A stretch of DNA of 64,000 nucleotides from Oopsacas minuta (GCA_024704765.1 JAKMXF010000044.1:124001-188000), one strand, 5' to 3'. Positions 36,142 to 49,440 are shown, counted from the first letter of the stretch. Program-made: numbers and translations. Notes: a model not told the origin generated them from the sequence alone.

Positions 36142-38975
36142 CACGGGTCTCTCAGAAAATCATATTGATCGAAAAAACGAGGTCCTTGAGATTTTTCATG
36201 ATTCTTGTGTAGAATTTTGCGTAGAATCCGATTCTGTTGCCAAAAAAATATTTCTCACACAAATTTTTGAGTTATTTTATATTTTTTTGTAAAAAAAAAA
36301 TTTTTTTAGTTCCCATTTTTGTATGTTGTCGGGTTGCTAATTTATCATATTAGAATCATCGTTATCACTCATACATTGAATATAATACATCCATCAGTCA
36401 CATATAGAATAAATTAAGTACTTATAAAATTAACTAAATTAATTTCCTTGACAGCATTTAGTAGGTTTTCGCCGTAATTTTCTAGAGACTCGCTACATTG
36501 ATAATTTCTCCAAACTTTGATGAATCGAGAATGAGCTGATTCAGCTGCCTGCTCTGAAACGGCGCCCAATCCCATACCAACTGGAAGGAATTTGGTGATA
36601 AATGGGATAACATGTCTGCACACTATATGGACTTTTGTTGAACAATTCAGCCCAGTTAATTTGAATGCTTCTTCAAATTGAAATATCGCCAGTTTGTAAT
36701 CACCTTGTATCTTTTGCCCAAAACATGTCCTCACTACCTCTGAAAATCGCTTTAAAGCAATGCTGGATGAGTTGCTAATTGGAAAACCAATCTGCTCAAC
36801 CATCAATGTAATTTTCCGCATTGCATTACCTTCAAATGCGCCTCCATGGTAAGAACTTCGAGATATGTTATTGTGCTTCAGTAATAATTCATGTGTAACT
36901 AACTCTTCTTCAGACATTGTAGCCACGATCGCATTGTACAACTTCTGACCAACCCCTAACAAAAGATGTAACTCGGGAATATTGAACATCTGCATGTAGT
37001 CAACCATCCATACACCAAGAGCCTCCATATCTTCTACACCATCACAGTCAATCGCTTGATTCTTTGAGTCGGAGTTATATTCTTCACACAATTTTTGGTA
37101 CATCTCTGCATGATGTGCTGATGATCTTGATTTGAATTCGACATGATCCAATCCACTTTTAGCATCCCATTCACACGAAATGCATGGGTAACGTCCAAGC
37201 ATAATACCCAGACAGAGAGCAGCGGCTTTGAGATCAAAGGTAAAAGATACGTTGTACTCATGAATAAACTTTTGAATTTCCGGGGCATTCAGTATTATAG
37301 AAAAATTGTAATTATTTTCAGGAGCACTTGATACCCATAAGAAGATTAGATTTCGCACAGAATTTTCCAGTTGTAGACACATGACAAGCTTAGTGAACCC
37401 ACAACCATAATCAAGGCCAAGCTTAAAATTGAACCTGTAAACTGAAGATTCTCCGCTAATGTTGTAGACTTTTTCTATCAGTTTGTCGATGTTGCAACAG
37501 CGTACGACCCAAGTCTTTCTGATATCAGAGGAATACTTCTCTTTGCTCCATTCCAGATCTAATTGGACGCATTCGAATATATCATCACAATATTGTTTCC
37601 GTTCGTCGTAATAGTCCTTCATTGATGGACAGGCCAGGCCAGCATCCCTTATTACTTTGGTTACAGCTTTTAGTTGCTTGTTACTCATTGCTCCGCCAGT
37701 GCATTTTATCTGTGCGATGTCAGAGAAATCCATTTTGGGCATTTTGTGTTGAGGTAACTGGTCCAAATTACCAGGAAGCATATGAATTGGATGGCCTCCC
37801 GATGGTCTAGGTAACGTTATACGCGAGTCCTCACTTGCACTGCGGAATTTTCGTAAGATTTCGGAACATACGACAGGTTCAATAGAACGTTTTCGTGCTA
37901 ACAAAAATTGGCTATTATTTACCAAAGAAGTTTTTGAGCAAGTATGCGGAAATCCGGGACTTATTGTGTTTAAACACTTACTACAAAGGTTAAGAACCTT
38001 TTTGGGAGAGTTGATCGCAGGACGTCCAGGTTTTTCGTGGAGAATTTGCAAAGAAGCACGATTTCTAGGTCCAAATCTCGAACTTTCCATGCACATTACA
38101 CAGGTATTGACTGAACTACACGTATTCAAGCGAGTATTTCGTATAATTGGCCAATTGAATCGAACAGGAATTTCCCTTGAAGTATCATCATGCATTGATC
38201 GATTAACCAAATAGAGCTTGCACGTATTGCACAAAACATTTGGCCGATTATCGTCCATCGGATCGATTGGCTCGAAAAACTTCGAATATTGCTCACCCAA
38301 ATGAGTAGAAATAAGGCTATTGTTTTTAATAGTTATCTTCCCAACTTTAATACAACACCAACGACAAATTTTGTCTTTTGCAGACTCGTGCTTACTCATA
38401 AATACCAACAGTAGAAACAGATATCAGAACAATTATGTATCAGAAAAATTATATAGAAAATGAGTACAAGCATTCTTTAAATAGTTTTTCTATGCAAACA
38501 GATATTCGTTAAACACCTTTAATTACTAATTATCACTGAATGGAAACTACTTAAAAGTATTCAAAGGACACGATTAGGTGATTAATGACGTGCAATCAAA
38601 CTATTGTTACTATTGTTAAACTATTCGAACCTGATACCATACAGAAAAATGAATGACATAATAGAATAGAATAAAACCGCAATACTATTGAAAATTCTAA
38701 GTGCATGCAGATGTAAACAACAATGTCTAAGCATATCATAATAATATCTGATTGCCAATGGTGATGCATCTGCCATCGCTGTCATGATGAGAATCTAAAA
38801 TATTCGAATTGTAAAAAATTATTTTTTTACAAAAAAATAAATTTATCGAAAAATTTGTGTGGGAAATATTTTTTTGACAACAGAATCGGATTCTACGCAA
38901 AATTCTACACAAGAATCATGAAAAATCTCAAGGACCTCGTTTTTTCGATCAATATGATTTTCTGAGAGACCCGTG
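36142..38975 (-). mobile_element. Intact Chapaev-like DNA transposon, 2,834 bp
   Basis: TIRs begin CACGGGTCTCTCAG, are identical over the first 98 bp and have 2 mismatches over ~127 bp. Perfect 4-bp TSD ACAG (36138-36141 and 38976-38979). Single long internal ORF. Confidence 0.9.
36414..38399 (-). CDS. Chapaev-type transposase with a RAG1-like N-terminal Cys-rich region, ~661 aa from the first ATG
   Basis: Uninterrupted ORF. N-terminal CRWC..PNVLCNTC..W..C..CVMC..GRP; CSKC..PHTC; predicted catalytic LDYGCGF / FDLK / SEQAAES; CISC and HIVCRH zinc ligands; PELHLLLG; YHGGAFEGN. Confidence 0.88.
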   Translation of the reverse strand: MSKHESAKDKICRWCCIKVGKITIKNNSLISTHLGEQYSKFFEPIDPMDDNRPNVLCNTCKLYLVNRSMHDDTSREIPVRFNWPIIRNTRLNTCSSVNTCVMCMESSRFGPRNRASLQILHEKPGRPAINSPKKVLNLCSKCLNTISPGFPHTCSKTSLVNNSQFLLARKRSIEPVVCSEILRKFRSASEDSRITLPRPSGGHPIHMLPGNLDQLPQHKMPKMDFSDIAQIKCTGGAMSNKQLKAVTKVIRDAGLACPSMKDYYDERKQYCDDIFECVQLDLEWSKEKYSSDIRKTWVVRCCNIDKLIEKVYNISGESSVYRFNFKLGLDYGCGFTKLVMCLQLENSVRNLIFLWVSSAPENNYNFSIILNAPEIQKFIHEYNVSFTFDLKAAALCLGIMLGRYPCISCEWDAKSGLDHVEFKSRSSAHHAEMYQKLCEEYNSDSKNQAIDCDGVEDMEALGVWMVDYMQMFNIPELHLLLGVGQKLYNAIVATMSEEELVTHELLLKHNNISRSSYHGGAFEGNAMRKITLMVEQIGFPISNSSSIALKRFSEVVRTCFGQKIQGDYKLAIFQFEEAFKLTGLNCSTKVHIVCRHVIPFITKFLPVGMGLGAVSEQAAESAHSRFIKVWRNYQCSESLENYGENLLNAVKEINLVNFIST

Positions 38976-40259
38976 ACAGAGATAATTATATATCACGCAT
39001 AATTATTCCAGTCTGTTTGTTTGTCGATTGTCAAGGAAAGACTTTTTGTAATGCTATTTAGAAACTGAATTTGCAGCTGCAAGAACCGCATGACTATGTA
39101 TTTATCGTACATACCTTTGTGAAGGTTCACTTTTGCTAAATAGATCGTTTATGGTGAAAAGAACTTTCACTCTCTTGCAACAATATACGAATTTTTGATG
39201 ATTTAATTCAGAATATACCATAAACAAATAACCTACTCTTGAAATAATCCTAGTAACATGCTCTCATCAATCCTTTTGGAGAAACAATTACCATGAATCC
39301 TAATATCGAATTTTGAAGTTTCTCATTTGTAAATTTGCAGTTGTTATATTAATATACTCAGGGTCGCTCTTTACTAACGCCCAATTATGAACATTCTATT
39401 AGTATGGTTCCAATCTGTCGTCCCATTTAATTCATTTTCATTTAATGTGCATTTATACATAACTTCGCTAAATTTATAGTTAATGTATTTTGAACGGGAT
39501 CACAGAAATACAAAACTGAATGTATTTAATTCACTTACTTCTCAAAAATCTCATAAAATTGGTTTCCACAGTAATACTAGGATAATAGAATACATTGATC
39601 CAAGAATTTCGTACTTACAATTTGTTTATATGTAACATATTGTTGTTTCTTTTTAAAATATATTGGGAAATACAAAGCGCCGAGCTCAACAAATCATAAT
39701 TTGTTCTATAAGCCAAACTATGACAGCAAGCAAATCGTGCGCAAATTTATCACTAATTGACCAAAAATTGCTACTCCATGGTATCTTAACTAAGGCCTGC
39801 CTTGGGCTTCTCAACACCTATATTCTGCCCTGATGGGGCATTATTGGCTGCGGGTGGAGCTAGGCCGCCACCTCTAATGAAGTCACTGGTCAAGCAGCTG
39901 AAACATGGATATACATAGTCAGCTAAAAATGCTTGAGAATGAAAAAATATAGATTTATTTTGTTCTGCAAACGAATTACCATAATCACATAATTCTTATG
40001 AATACTGATAAATGCCTTTAATTACTGAAGAGCTAGAATATTTGTTAGTATTTTCAGGTTTTTCCATTTTTTGCCGAAGTTTGAGACTTTCGTCAGACTT
40101 ATTATAATTTCATTAAGTAACTATTAATGCATATTTCTAGGTTAGAAATAGTGCAGAATCGTATGCATCCATTGACTTTGTTTAATAGCTGAGTTCAGCT
40201 TTCACCCCTTATGGCAGAATTCACACTGTGCTTTTGTAAGTGTAATGGTGAATGTAAAC

Positions 40260-40545
40260 TCATTTCATGCCTACGACTTGGATCTGAACTATGACGTCTC
40301 ATTCTTCATGTTTCTGTTTTGCTGTTTTCAATCTATCTTTCTAATATCGAGTATACATCACACCACTCAAGGTGCTACTTGATTGTGCTCATGAAGTTTC
40401 TCACTTATTCCTCAACTGTTCCACTTGTAGACCAATGAGCAGTCCATGCACATCTATCAATAATGACTACATCAGTTCACCTAGGATTCGTGAGATAGTT
40501 CACTTAGGAGTTTTGTTTACATCACACTTCACTGAAGTACGTATT
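40260..40545 (+). pseudogene. Possible CR1/L2 non-LTR reverse transcriptase C-terminal remnant
   Basis: LFLNCSTCRPM..INNDYIS..EIVHLGVLFTSHF resembles LxLNxxKC..INxxxI..KDLGVxFDSxL. No core RT motifs were seen. Confidence 0.4.
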
Positions 40546-42191
40546 ACACCATTCTCATCAAATAATGATGATGACACTGTGCTTAGCTCAAATTGAGAGG
40601 AAATCTCTAATATTTATATTCCTGTACAGCTGTAGGCACATGACTTTGATATCTATTAGTTCAGTATCATGAATAAGTCCTCAATCCAGATTGATATTGT
40701 TCTTATTTGACAGAATTATGGCGACCTTCTTACATAGGATCTTATTCAAACTGCTAGGCCATCAACTTTAATTCAGTAATTTGTCATCTTCCAATCTCAA
40801 AAGTTCCAACAACATTGATTTTGTTGTTTTTAGGAATTCAATAACGGTGTTGATGAGACCACCTCGGTAGGCAATGAAATTTGGAGACGGTTTCGGATAT
40901 TTTAACGATCTGATGAATCCGCTGCAATCCTGCCTGAGGTCTCTTCCTTATGACCTGTGACGACCTTGCTATTTTGCTCACCTTCATTGTCTCAAATCGC
41001 TAACTATCTGGCTTCAGATATGCATGCTTAGGCCCCACCCCGTCTTTTCAAGTTGATGTCTCCAGATTATTTCCTGTAAGTCCCTCCGATTCATCGCTAT
41101 AGCGCATTAATGTGGGTTCTATCTACATATCGGACAATATTTCATTCCATGTACCATTGTTGTGGCCCATAATGTGTTTACTATATAGAGAAATGCTTTC
41201 AGAAGACCATAGGCATCCGCTCCATGGACATGACATCATGCTTATATATATGATTGTTGTAAGTTATTATATGCATTAAGGCTGCGTAATTGTTCGTGCA
41301 GCTCCTATAGGGAGATGCCCTAATTGCATGAACTATTTGAGACGATGGTACGTCCTTACTTCCGTCCGTCTGGCTACGGTGCGAAATCTATTCCCCTTAT
41401 TCACATGAAAATTAGAACACATCTATATTTTGGGTCATAGATTTCCACCCTCGGTATGAACTAGTGATTCTTTCGCGTATATGGTTATTAATCATATTTT
41501 CATACCAGTCAATGTAAAAATCAAATACTGTTCGAGATTAGGTTTCAACATGTTGTAAGAAGTTATGGGCGCTTAGAGTCTGATTCTTTTTCAAATTAAC
41601 AAATATATCATATGGTTCATCATTTTCACACTTTTCAGTAACATTTGAAATGGTCCTAGAGAGTTCACTTTTATTTCGAATCAGAGGGAATCGAGTAGTT
41701 AGATTTCAAATTAACATTTTCAAATCTATATGTACAATCTGCATTATTTATCATATGATTAATCATACTTCATATCATTTCGCACATTATTCAAAATCAT
41801 TCCAGAAATTTCGCTTTAACTGCTAGTTAGTGGTAATTTTGGCGAGTCTGCCACATTTGATGGAATTTCACGTAATGTCATGTATGACGTGAGAAGTACC
41901 TTACTTCCTGAATAAGCGCCCAGGGCTAGAAACCGGCTCCAAGAATTATGGATAATATTTCTCTCCACCCTCCAGAACTTTTAAACTAAATTTACGCCTC
42001 ATTTGAATATACAACAATTTGGATAATTTGTTTCCCAAATCATTTGTATTTTAAATTATTGTAAATGAAATTGAAAAGATGCCCATCAAAAAATAGCACC
42101 TTCTCACTTCATCAGAGAAAGACAGTAAACAATTTGATCTATTTCCTTACTTTCAAGTGAGACGTAGAATTCGATTCTTATAGCCTAAGTA

Positions 42192-43556
42192 CAGGGTGGT
42201 CCAAAAAAAAGTGTACCCGTGCATGTTTTGCACCCTCACGTTGCAACTTTTCATCCAACTTTATACCGTTTAGCAAATGTCAAATACAACTCCTACGCCC
42301 TAGCAGTACTCTCATTGGAATGTAGAACTGAAAGCATTCGCTGTTGAGTGGTACATGGAGACGAAGAGTTTCCATGTAGCGATACGTGATGTTGTTACCA
42401 AGTTCAACCCCATTAAATCACCCTACAAATCACTCATTGTCAAGTGGGTAGCCAAGTTTAGGAAAGAAGGGACAGCCAGGAACCTTAACTAAAAAATCCC
42501 AGGTCAAAATAGTCACTCAGGTTGAAAGAGGAAGCGGGATGAGGTGTTTATCGACCGCCTGCGAGAATCCGTACAAGAGTCACCACACAAATCGACGAGA
42601 AGGAGGTGTCAAGAGCTAGCTTCCTCACGTTCTACGATGTTAAGAGCGATTAATGAAGACCTAACATTGTTTCCCTATCTCATTACCATCACCAGAAGCT
42701 CACAGAAGCTGCAAACATGAACAGGCTGGTCATGGCGAAACCTTTCGCTGACAAAATCGAAAAAACGAAAAATTTTCTCCAGCTTCTGTGGACAAGCGAT
42801 GAGGCTCATTGCTATTTTGAGGGGGCGGTAAACTCTAAAAATAGCATCTATTGGGGTTCTCAGAGACCAAACGAGGTGATAACCAAGCCTCTTCACTCAA
42901 AGAAGGTCACAGTTTGGTGTGCTCTCTCTGAGAAGGGCATTATTCGCCCATATTTCTTCGAGGAAAATGGAGTGACAACATGCATCAACAGTGAACACTA
43001 CATTGTGATGCTAGAGAAGTTCTTGGAGGACTTGAAACGTCTCTTTCCCAGTAATTGGCAGAAGATGTGGTTTCGCAAGACGGTGCTTCTCCCCATGCAA
43101 CTCAAAAGTCCCTGGATTGGCTTAGAGTTCACTTCAAGTCCAGGTTTATCAGTCGCAAGTGTGAGATCGAGTGGCCCTGTTATTTGCCTGATTTGAGTCC
43201 CCCAGATTTTTTCTGTGGGGCTATATTAAAGACAGGATATACCAAAAACAACCCCAAGACACTGGTGGAACTAAAAACTAACATAAGAACCGTTATCAGA
43301 AGGAAAACAAGACCAGTATTGAAGTCCGTCATGCAAAACTTTACTATGCGCCTCGGAAAAGTAATCAATATGAAAGATAGACACATGGAATATCTACTCT
43401 GAATGATTGACCCAAAGCAGCAACAAGAATGTCGAATTATTTATTTCATGTAGTTTATCTATATATTGTAATAAACTTCTTTGATTGCTTCATTATCTAA
43501 CATATATCTCAAAAATTGAAAAGTTTTGTCAGGTACACTTTTTTTGGACCATCCGG
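42192..43556 (+). mobile_element. rosa (DD41D) Tc1/mariner element, 1,365 bp, transposase pseudogenised
   Basis: TA|CAGGGTGGTCCAAAAAAAAGTGTACC ... GGTACACTTTTTTTGGACCATCCGG|TA. Motifs WTSDEAH, KVTVWCALS and QDGASPH-x-WPCYLPDLSPPD, with 41 residues between the last two Asp. Confidence 0.95.
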
Positions 43557-45199
43557 TACTTGATCAATTGACCTCTTTAATGCCTTATTTGCAACCACAT
43601 TATTGATAATTTCTCTAATACTCATCATTTGATGTTAACATTTACTCAGGTACAACATGCAACAAGCCTTCCGACCTCAGACTTTATAATTTGTGACTAT
43701 AATCACTTTGTCAATATCACATTCATATTGTTACTTAATCTTTTTGAATTTCAATCATCATATAGTGTGGTATAGAAGTTGCAACTAACTAGATTACTAC
43801 CTCGTTAAATATGATACCATATGCATAGTATATGGCACTATGTTCATAGTAATTTTCATGAAATTGATAAACAAGATTATTGACTAGTATCACCATTTGA
43901 AATTCATTGTACAAATCCTAGTTTGATTTTCTTCTAGTAATGATTTCGAATTCCTCATAACATACTTGTCAGTTTATATATTAACATATAGTATAAAACA
44001 TTTCATTCACCTAATGTCACCGTAGTTATTAGTGTATTTTGTAGAGGAAATGTTATTTGAATATCTTATTGATAAGCTGGCAAGAGAAGGCATCTAAATT
44101 TATTGATACTTAAAAGTCGATGTCTATTTATAGAAGTTCGAAAGTGATGCATGTTCATGATTTTACTAGTACATTCAGATGTTCAAAGCAATGTCATTTC
44201 AGATTGCTTATTATTAAGCAGGAAATTGCTATCGAATGATTTATATATTACATCGGTGCAGGAAATTGAATCTATATATTATCTACTTTTGGAATGTCTG
44301 TTGGACTCGAGGTTTCATCCAGGTTCTGAGGGTCATAAGCCTAGAAATGGATTCTAAATCATTGGCTACGCCTGGACTATATACATTTCACATTATAGGT
44401 GTTTCTACCCCTACAGAGGAATATTCATACGCCTAGAGTTACATTTGCCCAAATTTATGCGCCTGTTGCCGAGCCGCATACACCTGGTTAACACCCTGGT
44501 TGGATTGATTTTGAATTTAAGAGATGTATAATCAAATTAGGAGATTCATTATGTAACCCAATGTTTTCTGAGTTTTACAAATTTGCTGAACTCTAATATT
44601 CATAATAAGATATTCAATGAAATTTTATCCTATTTCCACATATCGTCCTTCTGTTTATAGAGTGGCCCACAAAATATTTCCACTTTAGCCCCCAACTACG
44701 TTAAATCCTGCCTTGTAAATTTATTGCCTATATTATACTTTGCTTCACCGGGTTTACGCGGACCATATTTGCATCGTTACAAGCAAAGCATGCTAGTAGA
44801 GTGTGAATCAGGCACTTCTATAGTCCTAATCTCGCATCCGTAACCCATGGAATGTTCCCAGATTCGCATCTAATATTCTCATCCAATCTTTGATCGAATA
44901 ATATTTGAGTTTATTTTCTCCACTTTTGCAGATATTTAAACACATAACGTTAAATTCTGTGAAGAAGAAAGTTGCAATCGGAAAATTGGTCAATTCTGTT
45001 GTTGATAATAAAGTCTATCAAAAATATCTAACAACGGAAAGTCTTTCAGAGAAAGGTTATATGACAATCTCCAGCAGAATGCATGGTTTGTTACTATATA
45101 TTTATCTTCATTCATGACAATTATGTCCTTATTTTTCTGATCAACTTGTAAATTGATATGGTGTATACATTTTTCTTGCATATTTTCATTATTCTAGTG

Positions 45200-45330
45200 T
45201 AGAGGTCAACAACCTGCGGCTCTTTAGACTATCTCCACTAGCTCTCTTGGTCTTTGACAATATTATTCATATAGAATAGAATAACATAGTATTAACATTA
45301 TTGATTTAGAATAGAATAACATAGTGTTTA
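45200..45330 (+). mobile_element. hAT-type left terminus fragment with a short direct repeat
   Basis: TAGAGGTCAACAACCTGCGGCTC resembles CAGGGGTCGGCAACCTGCGGCTC-type hAT ends. TAGAATAGAATAACATAGT occurs twice just downstream. Confidence 0.45.
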
Positions 45331-48300
45331 ACATTTACAATGTATTTAATAATATTTGCTAATTTATCGCTTCTATTGTAGTTTTCCATTATTATCCTAA
45401 TCAGATAGATTCGTATTCCAAAAAAAATATGGAATTAATAGTGCCTTGACGCCTTCATTACCGTTTTTGTCAGTTTGGCGCAAAAAATGGCTCATCGTCT
45501 CTCCTCACGGATTTCTCTACCCATAATACATAAAATATACCATTGAGTTTAATGTATATTTAGTATTTGATAATACATATATCAAGAAATGCGGCTTTTG
45601 GTTTGCGGACATATCATTTTGCAATAATTTAACTTTTCCAATGCAATTTTAAGCTAATTCTTATACGGCCATCCCTACTATCGGGAAGGGCACTTTCCTA
45701 AAAATTGAGCTAACCTCAAATCCGGGAAATGCTGGGGCATATTTAATGAAAATAGTGGAGTTACGTTCCAAGATTTCAAGAAAGCACTGAAGCTATACTA
45801 CTAAATTCAATGAGAATATAGGCTATAATGTCCTATAGTTATGAGTGTAACTACTACCTGGTTTTTCTGGTGCTTGGCACATATTCCTTCCATGTAATTT
45901 GATGATTGTCACAAAGTGCCGACCCTGAGACACAATCTGTATTATAATTATATGCTAGCATCCGAAGTAGCGACATCACTAAAAAATCCTTCCAAGTAAA
46001 TTCTCGGCCGAGAAATTCTTGAGTATATTACATTTTCCTTCACCAATTAGTAAAATTGGGAGTTATAAGACATGATTGGTATGCCATGATTTGCTATCCA
46101 TATTAAGGAAATGATAATATATTAACTTTAGATATTAGCTGCATTTACAATTCTATATCCTAGATATCGACCGATATTTAATTTGGTCAATTGGGTAAAG
46201 TTTGTTCAAGTTGGTCAATTTGGTCATGTTTGGTCTTGAAGCTTCAATTTGACAAATAATATCATATTAATTTTGCTCAAAATACCACAAGTTGAGAAAC
46301 CCTGCTCTAATATACAGGACTGTATTTCTTTCTGATAACTTTAGAATTCTTTTAAGCAAATAGCTTTATATCTTCCTTTTTCTTGTTTTTCTCTTTTACG
46401 CCTAATCAGCTGCCACTTTGTTCTCTAATTCTTTTGTTATTTCCTATTTTATTGATGTTTTAATCAAGACGTTTGTTCTTACTTGCTCTCTTTCTTACTT
46501 TTTGATTTCTCTCTCTAACTCTCTCCCTGTACCACGTTACATACCAAATAGTAGTCGCCCGTACCTCTGCCGCCTACCTATAGGCGTGCTCGAGCAGGCG
46601 TCCGGAAGCGGAGAGCATTAACAACCCAGATTACTGACCCTATGACGTACAAGTTATCAAACCGATCATGGACTCTTACTCTTACTTTTCACTAAATCTT
46701 AAGTTTATTCATGCTCTCAATAGGAAAATATTGATTTCTCCTCATTTTCTGACAAATTAGTTCTAAATTCAAATTATATGCTTTTAATTGTAGAATCCTG
46801 AGGAAATTTTGAAATATTTCGAGATAAATATCCAGGAAATAGTCAGAGTATTAAGGAGTGAGCTCCTTTCATGTTTCATCAACTGAAGGGCGATCGCTTC
46901 TGCATTTTATTAGGACATTATACCATTTTTAGACTGACTTGAGAACAAAAACTCCGATACAACAGAAAACTCGGTGTAAAAATATTCCGAATTTTATTGT
47001 ATCTTGTGTTTACTAAATAATTCACCAATTCTAGCATATCAACTTGATAAACATGTTCATCTTAAAGATTAGATTCCAGATCAACGATGATTTGCAAAAT
47101 TCAAGATCTGGAGACTTTCTTGTAGTATCAGGCTGGCATGCTGCAAGTCCTCGACAAATTAGGTGGTTTGGTAGCGTTAACCACCAAAGTATTTCTACTA
47201 GTCAACAAAATATTTAGATTGTACATAGAGAGCGTATAATGGCCTCGCAAATGAGTAAAATGGTGCTTAATTGTGATTTATCGAGAATTTTTGTGAAATT
47301 TGTACAAGGTAATGTTTCAATATTTGATCTACGAATATGATTTCTCTCAACTTTGGCAAACATTTCAGAAGCTAATATGTGCTGCCTTGTTCTAAATACT
47401 TGTACACAAGTAATTATCTATGGTCGCCGGACGCTCATCTAAGCGGATGATTTGTGATGAAATTATATGATGATGCGTGAAGATTGGAGATTTTGTTACA
47501 TCGTAATACTAATACACTAATATATTGTTTGAATAAACTGGAGGAGCCCCAGGAATGATTTTGGGTCTGGCTCAGATAGGTTCGAGTCTTGACGATAATT
47601 CATAGCTATGATGAAAATATGACGTCATTGTCACCTTTTTGAAAATCGCATTATTAACCACTTTTCAGCCAATATACATGATGCAAGTTTGAAATTTGAT
47701 TTACAGGTATCCCTCAATGTGACAGACGTCCTTACGTCATGATTCTGACCAAAAAGCTAACTCATCAAGGAATTATTAGGTCATCATGGCGATACCAAAA
47801 CATATTTTTCCATATTCCAAAATTTCAGAATTTCTTAATACTCGAGGCACCAAGTGGTGAGTGACTAACCATAAGCGAACATCTTCAGTGTCACCATCGT
47901 AAGATATTCAGGTATTTTGGATGGACCATGGCTGATTATATATTCAAATTTTTTCTATATAATGAACCAGAGGCACGAAATTCTGAGTTCATCCCGTCGC
48001 GTAGCGACCAAAAGCACTAAGAAAAATATCTGTTCAATACTTAATCCTACCTGGGGCACTAAGCTGTCGCGCTTAGTGCCATTATATATGCAGTATAAAT
48101 TTATTCTTCCTGGTTAGTATCAACTTCTTTAATGTTAGTACTATTATATGACAGATTTACTACCACAACAGTTTTACTACCTCTATTACCGGTACCATGG
48201 ATACTCTATATCCTTGACAGAGTTACTACCTTACATGACAGAATTATTACCCTTTTATCAAGACATCAGATCGTATAACTCAACTCTAAGTTCTTATCAC

Positions 48301-49109
48301 ACTGATAATAATGCATTTTCACTGGTTTCTTTGTTTCTTTTCTCAAGTTATATTACATAAGTACAGTTTTAGTGATACGATGACCATTGAGTAGTGGATG
48401 ACCTACTGTACTTTCAGAATTTGTGTTTCTTAGTAATGTGTCCAATGGTAAATTCATTGTCTAACATATTTGTTGTAATTCATCAAATTCATATATTATT
48501 TTAGAATGTATATTGCTATCATATTTATTAAAAAGTAACAATTTCGAAATATATGAAGTGAGTAGACATATTAATGTTGACCGAATACAGCCGGGAGATA
48601 TTCATGGGATTTTGAAGTAGCACTTTCTATTACCAATTGTACGTAAAAGGATCCAATAACCTGTTAGCTTTATCGCTAAACCTTCCTAAACCACCTGTAC
48701 TTTAGTTTTATTGATATTGATTAAGTGATAATTAGTTAATTGATTATACCATTTCAACATTTTTCAAGTTATCATTGCAGCTACACGAGTATACCTAGAA
48801 TTAGTTCTTTACACTAGCCGATAAACCAAGGATATATCTATCATACGTGGAAGGATGAATTTCAAATCGTCATTAAAGCAAGTAATATGTATCAAATTAT
48901 AATAGTTCTGATTTTTATTGGCTGCGCCAAAATGGGTAATGAATTGTTTACACTTGCAATTATACAACAATTATATAAGTAATTACCCCGGACTGAATGG
49001 TTTCAACTATATAGATCCCCAAATTACTTAGTTATAATTGAGTCGCAAAGTAAATACAATAATGCATTAGATCGTCTATTGTGTATATAATGATTTATAT
49101 TGTTTCCAT

Positions 49110-49440
49110 TAGACCAATCAGTATACTTGAAACATGATTCAAATGGTAAAGATTTATGGTAGAAGCGTTGTCCGCCAGTATATCAAATCCAAGCCTACTA
49201 AGTACGGTGTAAGCTTTGGGCATTGTGCTGCAGATGTTGTGGATATTCGCTCACTCAAAATTTATACTTGGGTAGTTCAGCTAGAAGTGTGAGTGGACGT
49301 ATGTTGTGATTCGACTTACAGAACCATATTTTGATAAGGGTCATGTTATCTATTGCGATAGATTTTTCTCTCATTTAGGTGTGGCATCGTACTTGGGGTT
49401 GAGAAAAGCTTGGAATGGTGGGTACATCCTCCATCACATC
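49110..49440 (+). pseudogene. piggyBac transposase remnant
   Basis: MVKIYGRSVVRQYIKSKPTKYGV-(frameshift)-LWALCCRCCGYSLTQNLYLG..VIRLTEPYFDKGHVIYCDRFFS. Confidence 0.88.

Noticed and set aside
36142-38975. Transib or RAG1-RAG2 (RAGL/ProtoRAG) transposon
   Set aside because: The TSD is 4 bp rather than 5, the TIRs are symmetric with CACGGGT instead of an RSS-like CACAGTG/nonamer, and there is no RING or room for a RAG2-like gene. Chapaev fits better.
47090-47560. P-element or other transposase fragment on the minus strand
   Set aside because: Protein-like snippets but no motif that could be matched with confidence.
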